A DNA stretch of 64,000 nucleotides from an uncultured bacterium (lineage in GTDB: Bacteria > Patescibacteriota > Minisyncoccia > UBA6257 > 2-01-FULL-56-20), in NCBI GenBank assembly GCA_963718575.1, contig OY970358.1:258172-322171 (forward strand). Reading direction: 5' to 3'. Positions within the stretch are counted from its first letter, which is position 1. Each line of letters starts with the position of its first letter. The notes below the pieces were generated by a model. That model made no database searches and was not told where the DNA came from. It worked only from the letters and a program-made list of their open reading frames with translations. Shown one piece after another: positions 48,180 to 57,417 of the stretch. Both the position numbers and the translations under genes were made by a program.

Positions 48180-49439
48180 CTATCTTAAATACTTTGGGTT
48201 GATGCGAACTGATTGAGCTGTCGTCAGTAATAAATCCTGTAGGCCAGTATCCCGAATGATTTTCTGCTTAACTTGATAGGCAGCGTTGTAGAACTTTTTA
48301 TCGTCAAACCTTGCGGCATAGTCGTATTTTTCAGCGATTGCGGAATAAAACCACTCCTGCCCAATCTGTGCAGGATCTTCAAAAATTATTCGCAGGAGAT
48401 GATACTGGTCGCTGTTTTTTCGGATCTTCACGATCTTATCGCTTACCGAAAGAACTGCTTTTACATGGTCAAAGCTTAAGTTTGCCTTAAATGGCTCCGT
48501 GCTCTCATTCGTCTGGGTCGAGCGAATGAGGCCATTCGGCGTTATCGGCAGTTTATTAAACTTCACTTTCCAGGACCCCTCATCCGACCAGCGCATTTGA
48601 ATTGCTCCGTTCAGCTGAAGGTATTTGAGTATTTTCACGGCCTCAAACTCTCTCTCGGTTAAGATAGTGAAAGGTATGTTGATGGTGTCGCCAATAAGGG
48701 TTTGTTTGCTGATATAGCGGTAAAAACTTTCGATCTGCTTCGTAAAATACTGACGCTTCTCTTGGTATAGCGACTGCTCGGAAACAAACTCATCTTTTTC
48801 GAACTTTTCGAGGAAGGAAGCTATTTCTTTTTCGATCGCACGGATACCTTTTTCGTCATACGCGACCCTTATCAAAATATGGCCCGGCAGATGCACGACG
48901 ATGGGTTGCATCGCTCGAAAGTACCCGTGCTCATCGTTAGGAAAGAAAACGCTTCTATCGCCAAAACGCAGTATCTCTTTGTATTTTTCGGGCTGCTTCT
49001 CTGCTTCAGCTTGCCGTCGACCTTGCTCTTGCCTTTCCAAGAAGCAAACGTGTTCAACGGCTTCGGTAAAATAAGGGGCTTCCTCTTTGGCGCGGTCTTG
49101 CCCGATTTTAGCGACTTCGATGAGTAGATCCCTTAATGCCGTACTGGTGTCGTCAATCCCGACCTCCAAGATCTTACCCAGCTTCAGATCTTCAAATAAA
49201 AACGTGGCCTGTTCCAAGACCATGTCGGGTACGGAATAAAAATCATTGGTATCGTAGACCTCGTTTTTGATGTCATCAATGTCCCAGTAATTGCCCTTAA
49301 AGAACTCCCCGAAATTGAGTTGTGTTTTCCCTTCCTTGTAGGCCTCAAGAAAAATGAGGATAAACAAAAGATCCAAGTCCTTATTGATGTAATCGAAGGG
49401 GGTATGATACGGCCCGCTTTCGTCTTCAATGTAGGTCAT
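48180..49439 (-). CDS. Hypothetical protein of 419 aa in low-GC cargo, divergent from the HEPN gene.
   Basis: No recognisable motifs. Confidence 0.4.
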   Translation of the reverse strand: MTYIEDESGPYHTPFDYINKDLDLLFILIFLEAYKEGKTQLNFGEFFKGNYWDIDDIKNEVYDTNDFYSVPDMVLEQATFLFEDLKLGKILEVGIDDTSTALRDLLIEVAKIGQDRAKEEAPYFTEAVEHVCFLERQEQGRRQAEAEKQPEKYKEILRFGDRSVFFPNDEHGYFRAMQPIVVHLPGHILIRVAYDEKGIRAIEKEIASFLEKFEKDEFVSEQSLYQEKRQYFTKQIESFYRYISKQTLIGDTINIPFTILTEREFEAVKILKYLQLNGAIQMRWSDEGSWKVKFNKLPITPNGLIRSTQTNESTEPFKANLSFDHVKAVLSVSDKIVKIRKNSDQYHLLRIIFEDPAQIGQEWFYSAIAEKYDYAARFDDKKFYNAAYQVKQKIIRDTGLQDLLLTTAQSVRINPKYLR

Positions 49440-49498
49440 TGTTTTATGGCTGCCAATTTTTCTTTACTTTAGTTTACATTTATCGGAAACTAAGAACA

Positions 49499-50200
49499 AT
49501 GCTCAACCTCAAGAAGCTGGAGGATATAGCATATCTCGCATTCAAAAACGCCCTTCGTTTGCACAAAGACGCTATAACTTTATATAAGGCCCGGAGCTAT
49601 CCCTCGGCTTTTTACCTGTCCGTTTTGGCGCAGGAGGAAATAGGCAAAATGCACATCGTTAGCGACTTCGTTTTTTATACTCGCACAGGCGAGCCACGGA
49701 AAAATATAATCGGCATAGAAAAGTTTGAGGAGGAATGGCTCGGCGTGCTTTATAAACATCCTCGCAAACAATATGCGTTCATTCGGAATAGCCCGCTTCA
49801 CGATGGCCTATTATTTCGCAACGGCAAGCTGGCCGTTCGGAAAATAGCGCAAGAAGCATCGGATGGAACATTTGAACTGAAGAAGCAAGAAGCCGTCTAT
49901 GTTGGGCTAAAAAGAAGCAGAGGCAAAATCGACTCGAAGGGCAAAATCAGCCATCCTTTCAAATTAAGCAAGAAAACAGCTCAAGATCAGATAACGAAAA
50001 TAAACGACTATTTTTTGGTAATGGGCATGGGCATCAAGTGCGGTTCGTATTCACTGGATGATCCGTCCATAGAAAACGAACTTAAAAGCAAGCGTTTTTT
50101 AGCAGCTTTATTTTCTCGTTGGCCCCATCAAAGTGGCTCTGCTATCCGACAAGTGCGAAGCATGCAAAAATTGTTGCGCGGAAAGGTTATACCTGTGTAA
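49499..50200 (+). CDS. HEPN-domain protein, AbiV-like; a candidate abortive-infection or RNase effector.
   Basis: An N-terminal helical HEPN-like region (AYLAFKNALRLHKDAITLYKARSYPSAFYLSVLAQEEIGKMH) and an Rx4H motif (FIRNSPLHDG). Confidence 0.45.
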   Translation: MLNLKKLEDIAYLAFKNALRLHKDAITLYKARSYPSAFYLSVLAQEEIGKMHIVSDFVFYTRTGEPRKNIIGIEKFEEEWLGVLYKHPRKQYAFIRNSPLHDGLLFRNGKLAVRKIAQEASDGTFELKKQEAVYVGLKRSRGKIDSKGKISHPFKLSKKTAQDQITKINDYFLVMGMGIKCGSYSLDDPSIENELKSKRFLAALFSRWPHQSGSAIRQVRSMQKLLRGKVIPV

Positions 50201-50296
50201 GCGAGACAAAAAGCAAAGAGTTTTAATTCCAAGACCCGAAAATAGAAGAATGCCCGCTGGTTTCCCAACGGGCATTAAAAGTTGTGACGTTCCGCG

Positions 50297-50872
50297 TCAC
50301 TCGGTACTGGGCGGATCGAGCAGGAGGTCAAGGAGCGACTTCCAGTCCTTTGCACGAACCGTGTCGGATCTGTCTTTGTACTGATCATATTCCAACGGTT
50401 CAGCGAGGTTGGAAGGATCGTACCGACAGACCAGATTTCGGTCGTTGCAGAGGATGACCTTCGCGCCCGCGACCATGAACGGCGTCGGCGAACCTTCGTG
50501 CTTATTGAAAGCATCGAAGCACGCAGAAGCCGGATGGTCGTGGTGGCTGCTGTCGGTCAGAACGGCGACATACTTCGCGCCCTTCTGTGCCGCAAGCAGC
50601 GCAAGGAAAATCCCAACTGGCATTTCCTTGCCGACATGCTCGTATCCCTCGGGCCCTTGGCTCTCATTACTCGCAGGCATCAAGAGGTCAACCAGCACTG
50701 CATCGAACTGCCCAGCATTCTCGTACTCCCACGGCTTCGCCCGGTTTCTTGTACCCCGGATCGCTGCGAGGCCGTCGTCGTAGCTTTGCGCTGTGGTCAG
50801 TTCGTGGTCGCCTAATTGCGCTTTCGCTGCTGCAAGATGAGTCGCCTTGTCGTCGATTACCAAAATCTTCAT
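50297..50872 (-). CDS. Receiver (CheY-like)-fold protein, divergent and stand-alone.
   Basis: MKILVIDD (beta1 with an acidic pair), FDAVLVDLLMP (phospho-acceptor Asp position), VAVLTDS (Thr) and AGAKV (Lys) lie at the expected positions. Confidence 0.4.
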   Translation of the reverse strand: MKILVIDDKATHLAAAKAQLGDHELTTAQSYDDGLAAIRGTRNRAKPWEYENAGQFDAVLVDLLMPASNESQGPEGYEHVGKEMPVGIFLALLAAQKGAKYVAVLTDSSHHDHPASACFDAFNKHEGSPTPFMVAGAKVILCNDRNLVCRYDPSNLAEPLEYDQYKDRSDTVRAKDWKSLLDLLLDPPSTE

Positions 50873-51008
50873 GTTATTCTCCTTTTTGCCTTTTTACCTG
50901 CTGCGCCTTTGGCTACAGCGCATACCCTGCAATTTATGTAGGTTATACGCTGTATCCAAGGGCTCGATAAGGCCAATTTAAGGTTCTGAACGTATTATAC
51001 CATATCTA

Positions 51009-51021
51009 TTGACATTGTCAA
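51009..51021. promoter_or_regulatory. Perfect palindrome TTGACA-T-TGTCAA, doubling as a -35 element and possible operator upstream of the 51096 operon.
   Basis: ttgacattgtcaa is seen directly, about 75 nt upstream of the ATG. Confidence 0.45.
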
Positions 51022-51095
51022 GCACCTATGCTATCGTTTAGACAGCTAATCCCACAAGGGTTTTGGCAGGTAAATAAGGCAGAAAGGAGTCCGAT

Positions 51096-51587
51096 ATGGA
51101 GACAAAAGGACGCGTGAAGGGATATGTTCTCGGGCAGGATTATGCCGAGGGCATTCCTACATGGAAAGTCCGCGTGACCGATGAGTCATCTCCTTTTGTG
51201 GGCGACAAGCTATTTGTAGCTTCCGTTCATGATGAGATAGCACTCGCAAACGGTCTTGAAGTCACCTTCTTGATCGGCGCTTTCACTGGACGTGGCAAAG
51301 AGACCTATCACAAGGCGCTCGATGTCGCACCGCCAGTGGTCATTCCAAAATGCGACTTCTGTGATCACATCGCAGAGATCGGCATTGAAGTGAGCGGCTA
51401 TAACGAGCGCGGGCAAGTCGATGAAGGCGGGGCCACAGAATACATTCGCTGCTGTATTGCGGATGTTTTCCAAGGAGTACGACAGGGACAAACATCGCGG
51501 ATCGTAAGCGGAAAAACAAAACATTTCCGCTGCACGAACTTCAGTGCCAAGGAACAAGGATGGCGCAAGATGAACTCGATCTACTAA
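51096..51587 (+). CDS. Hypothetical protein of 163 aa with CxxC and CC motifs.
   Basis: ORF with an AGGAG ribosome-binding site and no known domain. Confidence 0.4.
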   Translation: METKGRVKGYVLGQDYAEGIPTWKVRVTDESSPFVGDKLFVASVHDEIALANGLEVTFLIGAFTGRGKETYHKALDVAPPVVIPKCDFCDHIAEIGIEVSGYNERGQVDEGGATEYIRCCIADVFQGVRQGQTSRIVSGKTKHFRCTNFSAKEQGWRKMNSIY

Positions 51588-51623
51588 CCCCTAACAGGCA
51601 TCACGGCACAAAGGAGAATTGCC

Positions 51624-52067
51624 ATGCTGGTTATCAATACGAAAAAAGGCGCGGTTGTCTCTGTTGAAGAAAAGAACATGGGAACCGCACGTAACGTCAT
51701 TGAGCGGGTCGATCGTATGTTCGACATGATGTTCGGATTTGGGGAGCTCAAACACCCCGCTTCCGAGAGTGCTACGCTGGTAAAAGAGGCAGCGAAGGAA
51801 GTGGTCAAGATCCATCACGATCGCCACTTACAGGCAGAGCAAGCGATCAAGGATTATCGCAGTCGTTTCTTCTTGGTTCGCTGGTTCATCAAGACGCCCC
51901 AGCCCTACGCCGACGTGACCGAAGAGCAAGTGCTCAACGCATATCGGGAGAAGTTCAACAAGTTCTATCGGTGGCTGGTCGACAAGAACCAGAACTCCAA
52001 CTTCTACTTCGGCCAGATCGAAGAAGAAATCACTGCATGCGCCGAGTTGATAGAGGCGCTGAAGTAA
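51624..52067 (+). CDS. Hypothetical protein of 147 aa.
   Basis: ORF with an AGGAG ribosome-binding site and no known domain. Confidence 0.4.
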   Translation: MLVINTKKGAVVSVEEKNMGTARNVIERVDRMFDMMFGFGELKHPASESATLVKEAAKEVVKIHHDRHLQAEQAIKDYRSRFFLVRWFIKTPQPYADVTEEQVLNAYREKFNKFYRWLVDKNQNSNFYFGQIEEEITACAELIEALK

Positions 52068-52094
52068 CGAACACCAAATCCAGCCAACGCTGGT

Positions 52095-52125
52095 GGCCCG
52101 CTCTTTCGAGAGTGGGCCTTTTTCA
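52095..52125 (+). terminator. Intrinsic terminator (ggcccgcuc-uuuc-gagagugggcc followed by UUUUU).
   Basis: Seen directly. Confidence 0.6.
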
Positions 52126-52285
52126 TATTTAATGCCGCGCAATGAGATTGTGCCTTTGTAAATAACGCAGGCGTTTTTATTTTCATTTCATCTTTAGTTT
52201 TTATATCTATTGACGACTATGCCATTTATATGGTATAAGTCGCACAGCTGTCTTGATAGTAGTAATCAGAAAGTGAGGTGGGCAA

Positions 52286-52597
52286 ATGCCTCGAGACGGA
52301 ACAAAAAACCGGGTCGAGGAATTACAGCATGAAGCTCAAGGAGCTATCGGCTACCCCGAACTGGTTGCACTCGCATCGGATGTCAGCATGACTCCGAATC
52401 GGGCGCAAAGCGTTGCAGCATCCCGGTGGCCACGCCGTCAGGCACGGGCCACATACTTCCTTGCCAAGCTCCGAAGGGATTTCCCTGAAGAGTTTGCGCA
52501 ACTGGCAAGTATAACCATAACCCCTACAGAGCACGCTCGGCCCCAGCGGTCAGAGCACGCACGAGGAGATAATCATGGTGACGACAAGCGTTCATGA
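52286..52597 (+). CDS. Hypothetical protein of 103 aa. A TTGACG-18-TATAAG promoter lies upstream.
   Basis: ORF with a GTGAGGTGG ribosome-binding site. It overlaps the next gene by 23 nt. Confidence 0.35.
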   Translation: MPRDGTKNRVEELQHEAQGAIGYPELVALASDVSMTPNRAQSVAASRWPRRQARATYFLAKLRRDFPEEFAQLASITITPTEHARPQRSEHARGDNHGDDKRS

Positions 52598-53873
52598 AAA
52601 AAGACGTCAACTGGCCTTCGTCGAAGATCCGACAGAACGCCTTCGGCTGATGCTGGTAAACAACCTGAAGGATGATGCCCTCGAGAACTTGAACAAGATG
52701 ATTGAGGCAGGCATCTACTTCCAAGACGCGAGCCGCGGTAGTGGCATCAAGCAGATCGATGACGGCAAGCGTTCGAAAGAGCAAGAAGAGCCGATCGTCT
52801 GCTCACTTGACCACAAAGCGTGCTTTACCCTTTCGGGTATCGCAAAGTTCTTTGGCTGGAAAAAGAAGCAGATGGCGGATTTCGTCATCCGGCTTCTCGA
52901 AAAAGCCATTACGATCCATCCGTGGAATATGCGGAAGGAGATTGAAAGCTGGGCTGGTTCATGGGAAACGTGGGCGACGTATCGGGCGTACAAGTTGTAT
53001 GTCCCTGCGAAGCATCCGATCCGTCCGGCGGTTGAACGCTGGCTGCTCGAAGCATGGTTTCAGGAAGCGTACTTCTTTAGCTACCTTGGTGACGAATGGG
53101 ATCAGGAGTGGCTCGGACAGATATTTGAGGAGAGGAGTCTCGGCTTACACCATCCCTACCACCAAGAAGCCACCGTCAACCACTGGTCAGCACGAGCCGA
53201 TGCACTCGCAAAAAAGTTTCGCGAACTCGGCGCAACCAAGGAGGAGACGAAAGAAGTCTTCTATCGCTGGCTCGAACACTGGGGGCCGGGCAGTCTCAAC
53301 CCCGATTTTGTTCTTGCCGTCGCCAACATGGAGATTTTTTCATGGAGGGACGAACGCAGAGCGAAGGCGATCCAACCGCGGCTCAAAAAGGCGCTCGAAT
53401 ACGTCTTCGAGGGAAGCAATCTCTATTCTCCTTACATCGTTATCGGCCTTCATTCGGCTGGTATGAAAGTGGAGGGTGAAGGGAGGAAGCTTTACTGCGA
53501 TCGCCTTGCTTCTGTACTTGCCGAAGGAAAGATCGGCTACGCACACACCGTCAACGAACTCATCGGCAAGGCATTACTCGATAGAGACAAGCCCGAGTTA
53601 AGGGAGGTCGTAGCGCAGGCCTTCGATGGCGCGGTGCAGAAGGGCGAGTTCGGCATTGCTGCCGCCCTTGTCCAACAGTTTGGCGAAGATGCCTGCTTCA
53701 ATGCAGATATTCTCCAAGCCCGTGCCAAGAAGGAAGCAAAGAAGTGGAAGTCGGCCCATGCTCAACTGGTAGCAGAACGTCGGACGCAAATCCGTGAAGC
53801 GATTGGGATTGCGCAAGCAGCCCAGAAGCCCATCAGGTTCGACTACACTGTCCCCTTTCTGACGCAGGACTAA
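52575..53873 (+). CDS. Hypothetical protein of 432 aa, alpha-helical and Trp-rich.
   Basis: ORF with no known domain. Confidence 0.4.
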   Translation: MVTTSVHEKRRQLAFVEDPTERLRLMLVNNLKDDALENLNKMIEAGIYFQDASRGSGIKQIDDGKRSKEQEEPIVCSLDHKACFTLSGIAKFFGWKKKQMADFVIRLLEKAITIHPWNMRKEIESWAGSWETWATYRAYKLYVPAKHPIRPAVERWLLEAWFQEAYFFSYLGDEWDQEWLGQIFEERSLGLHHPYHQEATVNHWSARADALAKKFRELGATKEETKEVFYRWLEHWGPGSLNPDFVLAVANMEIFSWRDERRAKAIQPRLKKALEYVFEGSNLYSPYIVIGLHSAGMKVEGEGRKLYCDRLASVLAEGKIGYAHTVNELIGKALLDRDKPELREVVAQAFDGAVQKGEFGIAAALVQQFGEDACFNADILQARAKKEAKKWKSAHAQLVAERRTQIREAIGIAQAAQKPIRFDYTVPFLTQD

Positions 53874-53883
53874 ACAACAAACA

Positions 53884-53920
53884 AGACCCGGGATGCGAAA
53901 GCACCCGGGTCAATTTTTTT
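53884..53920 (+). terminator. Intrinsic terminator (gacccggg-atgcgaaagca-cccgggtc followed by AAUUUUUUU).
   Basis: Seen directly. Confidence 0.65.
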
Positions 53921-54128
53921 ATACTATCACTTTCGGCGCAATCTCGAGAATGCCGGAGTATCGCAACTCCTTCTCAAAATCCGTCCAGTTTATCGCTCGA
54001 AAAGCATCCAAAGGCAGTGTCGTTACTTGTCCATTCTGCGGAGCAGTCAACATTTAGTATCGGACAGACCGAGATCCTTAATTGTAAGAGGGTTCAAATT
54101 CCTGTATATTCAATGAAACGCCGAGCAA

Positions 54129-54542
54129 ATGAAAAAACGCATTTCCAAATACACCCCACGAGGGTATAGCCTTTCCGTGCGCCGTTCGCTGACCGGCAAA
54201 GGGCTTTTCACCAAAGAAGATATCCCGAGCGGCGTCTGCATCATCGAATACACCGGCCGCGTCCTTAGCAAAAAAGACGCGGAGAATAGTGACGGCAAAT
54301 ATCTCTTTGATGTGAGCGCAGGGAAAACGATCGACGGGAATATCCCCTCCAATCGGGCGCGGTACATCAATCACTCCTGCAGGCCGAACTGCGAAGCCAT
54401 CGGCCCGGACGGTAAGGTATTTATCTTTTCCCGTAAACGTATCAAAGCCGGGACCGAGCTCACGTATGACTATGGAAAGGAATATTTCGACGGGTTCATC
54501 AAGCCGAAGGGGTGTCGGTGCGAGAAACATCGGGGAAAATAG
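54129..54542 (+). CDS. Minimal SET-domain protein, a putative lysine methyltransferase.
   Basis: RYINHSCRPNCE (the NHSCxPN signature), ELTYDYG, and a post-SET-like CRCEKH. Confidence 0.7.
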   Translation: MKKRISKYTPRGYSLSVRRSLTGKGLFTKEDIPSGVCIIEYTGRVLSKKDAENSDGKYLFDVSAGKTIDGNIPSNRARYINHSCRPNCEAIGPDGKVFIFSRKRIKAGTELTYDYGKEYFDGFIKPKGCRCEKHRGK

Positions 54543-54650
54543 AGCGCATGATATTAATCTCTTTTATAGGATAAGAACTTCGCCACCCTTTGCATTCATC
54601 ACCCCCAGTGCTACAGTGGAATAAGAGTTTTTGATTTAGGAAGGGAACAT

Positions 54651-55094
54651 ATGAAACGTTTTTTACGCATCGCACGTAGCGGTGTTCTTGCGGCCATCTG
54701 CTACTTCGCCTCCGGAACTGTAATCCTCGGTCTGGAAAAAATAGAGAAGAAGGCATGTCTTCCTGCTGAACTTGCAGGAAAAACCCATAATGATTATCCG
54801 CTGTATGCCCGCTCGATACCACGCGAAATAACTTCGTGGTGCATGGCGGGGCCACCGATCATGATCATCGGAAATCAGAAAGCGTTTCGTCCGGGGACCA
54901 AAGATCCACTCCCTATCCCATCACCCGAAGAACGACAAATAAGTGTCGTCCAGGTCCGGAAGAATTGGCCATTGGTACTTCCCTATCTCGCGATGACCAC
55001 CAAGCATAAATGGCATCTGCGAATAGGAGCCCGATGGAACCCTACGGAGGGATACTACACCTTTCCAAGCATTACGATAAAACAGTTACAGTAA
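54651..55094 (+). CDS. Secreted hypothetical protein of 147 aa.
   Basis: A signal-peptide-like N-terminus and no known domain. Confidence 0.35.
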   Translation: MKRFLRIARSGVLAAICYFASGTVILGLEKIEKKACLPAELAGKTHNDYPLYARSIPREITSWCMAGPPIMIIGNQKAFRPGTKDPLPIPSPEERQISVVQVRKNWPLVLPYLAMTTKHKWHLRIGARWNPTEGYYTFPSITIKQLQ

Positions 55095-55143
55095 GGGGCA
55101 ACGCTACCAGCGTTGCCCCTTTTTTACTGCGCTACGCCATTGA

Positions 55144-55554
55144 CTAGCGCTCTTCGGCATTCAAAATTCTTTGCAGATCGACGATGCTGATCGGTTTTGT
55201 GAGATGATGATCGAATCCGGCGGTGTAAGCCTTTTGCTTGTCTTCATCCTGACCGTATCCCGTGAGGGCGATCAACGTCCCCGAAAACATCAGCTTGCCC
55301 CGGATGGTGTCGGCGGTTTCATATCCATCCATATCCGGCAGGCCGATGTCGAGGATGATACTGTCGGGTTTTTGCCGCGGGATCTTCTGCACCGCCTGGG
55401 CTCCGGTGTATGCGTAATCAACGGAGCACCCCATGAGCGATAAAAGTTTTCCGACGCCATGCGCCGCCGCAGTATTGTCGTCGACGGCAAGCACGCTCCC
55501 GACCTCCACAAACTTGACGATTTTCATTCCTCCGTTGAACGTAGTCGGCCGCAT
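55144..55554 (-). CDS. Stand-alone response-regulator receiver domain (CheY-like).
   Basis: VLAVDDN, ILDIGLPDMDGYE, LTGYGQ and HHLTKP are the canonical REC motifs. Confidence 0.7.
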   Translation of the reverse strand: MRPTTFNGGMKIVKFVEVGSVLAVDDNTAAAHGVGKLLSLMGCSVDYAYTGAQAVQKIPRQKPDSIILDIGLPDMDGYETADTIRGKLMFSGTLIALTGYGQDEDKQKAYTAGFDHHLTKPISIVDLQRILNAEER

Positions 55555-55627
55555 ACCCGCTCCGCTCCAAGCCTTTTTTAAGGGATTCCGCCAGTTTTAT
55601 CTGGTCTTCAATAATAAGTACTCTCAT
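55538..55627 (-). pseudogene. A 5' fragment (about 30 codons) of an OmpR-type response-regulator gene. It is out of frame with the downstream receiver gene.
   Basis: MRVLIIEDQIKLAESLKKGLERSGYAADYV, which spans beta1-alpha1-beta2 of a receiver. It is then followed by nonsense in the same frame. Confidence 0.4.
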
Positions 55628-55684
55628 GATATCTCTGTATTGGTATTACACCATAGAGAATATGAAAATATCATGAACATCGTT

Positions 55685-55948
55685 TCACCGATGCACACAC
55701 CCGGCCCAGCAACACGGCCGACGCATTCCTTCTTTTAGCTCCGAGCACACCCTGAGGACATGCTCCCTTCTTGTTTCCGCCTTCACGACGGAGATGGTCC
55801 AGCAGATCCATTCGTTGCGCGCGAGCGGAGTGATATCCTCCCATTTCGCCCGCGCCGCCGGGTCGGAAAGGAGCGCCTTTCGCAGGTCTGCAGGCATTGT
55901 ATGCACCACGCCGCCGGAAAGTTTCTTTTGAGGTGACGCAGAATTCAT
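55685..55948 (-). CDS. YdeI/OmpD-associated family (DUF1905-like) protein.
   Basis: MPADLRKALLSDPAARAKWEDITPLARNEWICWTISVVKAETRREHVLRVCSELKEG matches the family pattern. Confidence 0.5.
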   Translation of the reverse strand: MNSASPQKKLSGGVVHTMPADLRKALLSDPAARAKWEDITPLARNEWICWTISVVKAETRREHVLRVCSELKEGMRRPCCWAGCVHR

Positions 55949-55959
55949 TCGCGTATATA

Positions 55960-56442
55960 TTATTTTTTAGCGGACAGAAAATTAGTTAACTTTTTCAACT
56001 GCTGAGTAAAACCGGCTTCCATGCCCTGAACGGCCATCCCTGCCTTAGGGCCTGTCCTATAGATGACCGCCCTTACGGTTACTTTAGTTTTTCCCTGCTC
56101 TTCGGCAAAGGCAACTTCCGTGATTTGGTCGATGGTGGTCTCTTCTTTGTCGCCCTCAACCCACGCCTGCACGCTATAAGAAAGCCGTGAGTCCGGCTCA
56201 ACGACGGTGAACGTTCCCAGCATCGGCCACTGCGTGCCCTTATATGGACCCATCGCCTCCCCCGCTTCCATGACTATATAAATTTTACCGCCGACCCGCA
56301 GGTCGATTTCACATTCAGGGATGGTGACGTTATCAGGTCCCCACCACTGCTTTATCATTGCCGGATCCGTCCACGCGTTCCACACCAGTTCGCGCGGAGC
56401 GTCGTACACTCTCTCAATGGTCACTTCTTTAATGCTTTCCAT
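55960..56442 (-). CDS. SRPBCC-superfamily protein (AHSA1 / activator of Hsp90 ATPase homologue-like).
   Basis: ERVYDAPRELVWNAWTDPAMIKQWWGP. Confidence 0.65.
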   Translation of the reverse strand: MESIKEVTIERVYDAPRELVWNAWTDPAMIKQWWGPDNVTIPECEIDLRVGGKIYIVMEAGEAMGPYKGTQWPMLGTFTVVEPDSRLSYSVQAWVEGDKEETTIDQITEVAFAEEQGKTKVTVRAVIYRTGPKAGMAVQGMEAGFTQQLKKLTNFLSAKK

Positions 56443-56761
56443 ATTTTTTTGATTTATTTTTTTCTGTCTTTAAAACCGCATCCAGCCTGTCAAGCCGCCG
56501 CTGCCAAAGTTCCGTCGTATGCCTTGCCCACCGCTCAAGTTCATTCATTGCGCCTGCATCGATCGTATAGATCCTCTGCCGCGACCTTTTTTCCATGTGC
56601 ACAAGCCCTGCCTCGCGCAACACCTTGAGGTGCTGGGATATCGCCGGTGGACTGGAATTGAACTTGCCGGATATATCCGTCGCCGACAGCTCGCCATTTT
56701 CGGCCAGCAACTCTATGATGCTGCGCCGGGTCGGCTCTGCGACTGCGGTGAATATATCCAT
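56429..56761 (-). CDS. ArsR/SmtB-family transcriptional regulator.
   Basis: VAEPTRRSIIELLAENGELSATDISGKFNSSPPAISQHLKVLREAGLV. It forms a classic arsR-AHSA1 operon pair. Confidence 0.8.
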   Translation of the reverse strand: MDIFTAVAEPTRRSIIELLAENGELSATDISGKFNSSPPAISQHLKVLREAGLVHMEKRSRQRIYTIDAGAMNELERWARHTTELWQRRLDRLDAVLKTEKNKSKKYGKH

Positions 56762-56890
56762 AGTTCAAAGATACGCCGCTTCATTAATTAAGTCAATACT
56801 TAATTAATGAAGCATCCGTCCATTGACATGGCCGCGCTCTATCTCCTATTGTATCAGAAGAACAAAGCCGCTTAGGCGGGAGGGGGTCGC

Positions 56891-57331
56891 ATGAAAAAAT
56901 TGCTGAAGAGCTTCGTTTTCTCGTGTATGGTCGTTGGTTTGATACCGTGCATTCCTCGCGATCTGCAGGGACAATCGCCGGAAAAACAAAAAGTTGGGCA
57001 AAAAACCGAAAGAGACTACGCAAACGAGGCGTGGATGGATGGCTATAAACATCTTTACAAGGACGAAGCGAGTCTCTGTCGTGAAGGCCTCATCCACTTC
57101 CCCGGCGATCCCGATCTTCGCGAGCTGCTTGCGGAAGGATTGAGCAACCTCGGCCAGTACGAGGAGGCTGAAATATTGTTCAAAGGGATTCTCAATTCCG
57201 AAAAGGGGGCGGATAAAGCTATTTACGTATGGGCACGTCCGCCGTATGTGGCTATGCTGAGAAAACAAAACAGGAACGCCGAGGCCGATGCGGTTGCACA
57301 GAACTCCGAAGATGTCGCCAGAAATCATTAA
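56891..57331 (+). CDS. Secreted TPR-like hypothetical protein.
   Basis: A signal peptide, and a helical repeat region (LAEGLSNLGQYEEAEILFKGIL). Confidence 0.4.
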   Translation: MKKLLKSFVFSCMVVGLIPCIPRDLQGQSPEKQKVGQKTERDYANEAWMDGYKHLYKDEASLCREGLIHFPGDPDLRELLAEGLSNLGQYEEAEILFKGILNSEKGADKAIYVWARPPYVAMLRKQNRNAEADAVAQNSEDVARNH

Positions 57332-57417
57332 GGTTCTTCCCATGAATCACCGTGGCGCGATCGATTTCAACGATCGCGCCTTTTTATTGGCAGAGTTTCT
57401 TTGTTACACTTAAGTGA

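Larger units (their letters stand above)
45063..53925. mobile_element. Integrative element inserted at the 3' end of tRNA-Asn. It runs serine recombinase - excisionase - HUH Rep/relaxase - cargo (419-aa unknown, HEPN/AbiV-like, REC-like, four-gene unknown operon). The right boundary is uncertain and may extend to about 59.5 kb.
   Basis: The integrase reads into the tRNA. GC drops to about 45-55% against about 60% in the core. Xis and Rep genes are adjacent, and several terminators bound the cargo operons. Confidence 0.6.

Noticed and set aside
52702-53466. A 254-aa alternative-frame ORF inside the 432-aa gene.
   Set aside because: The same strand in another frame, Arg/Ser-rich. The 432-aa frame has normal composition and a start overlapping the previous gene.
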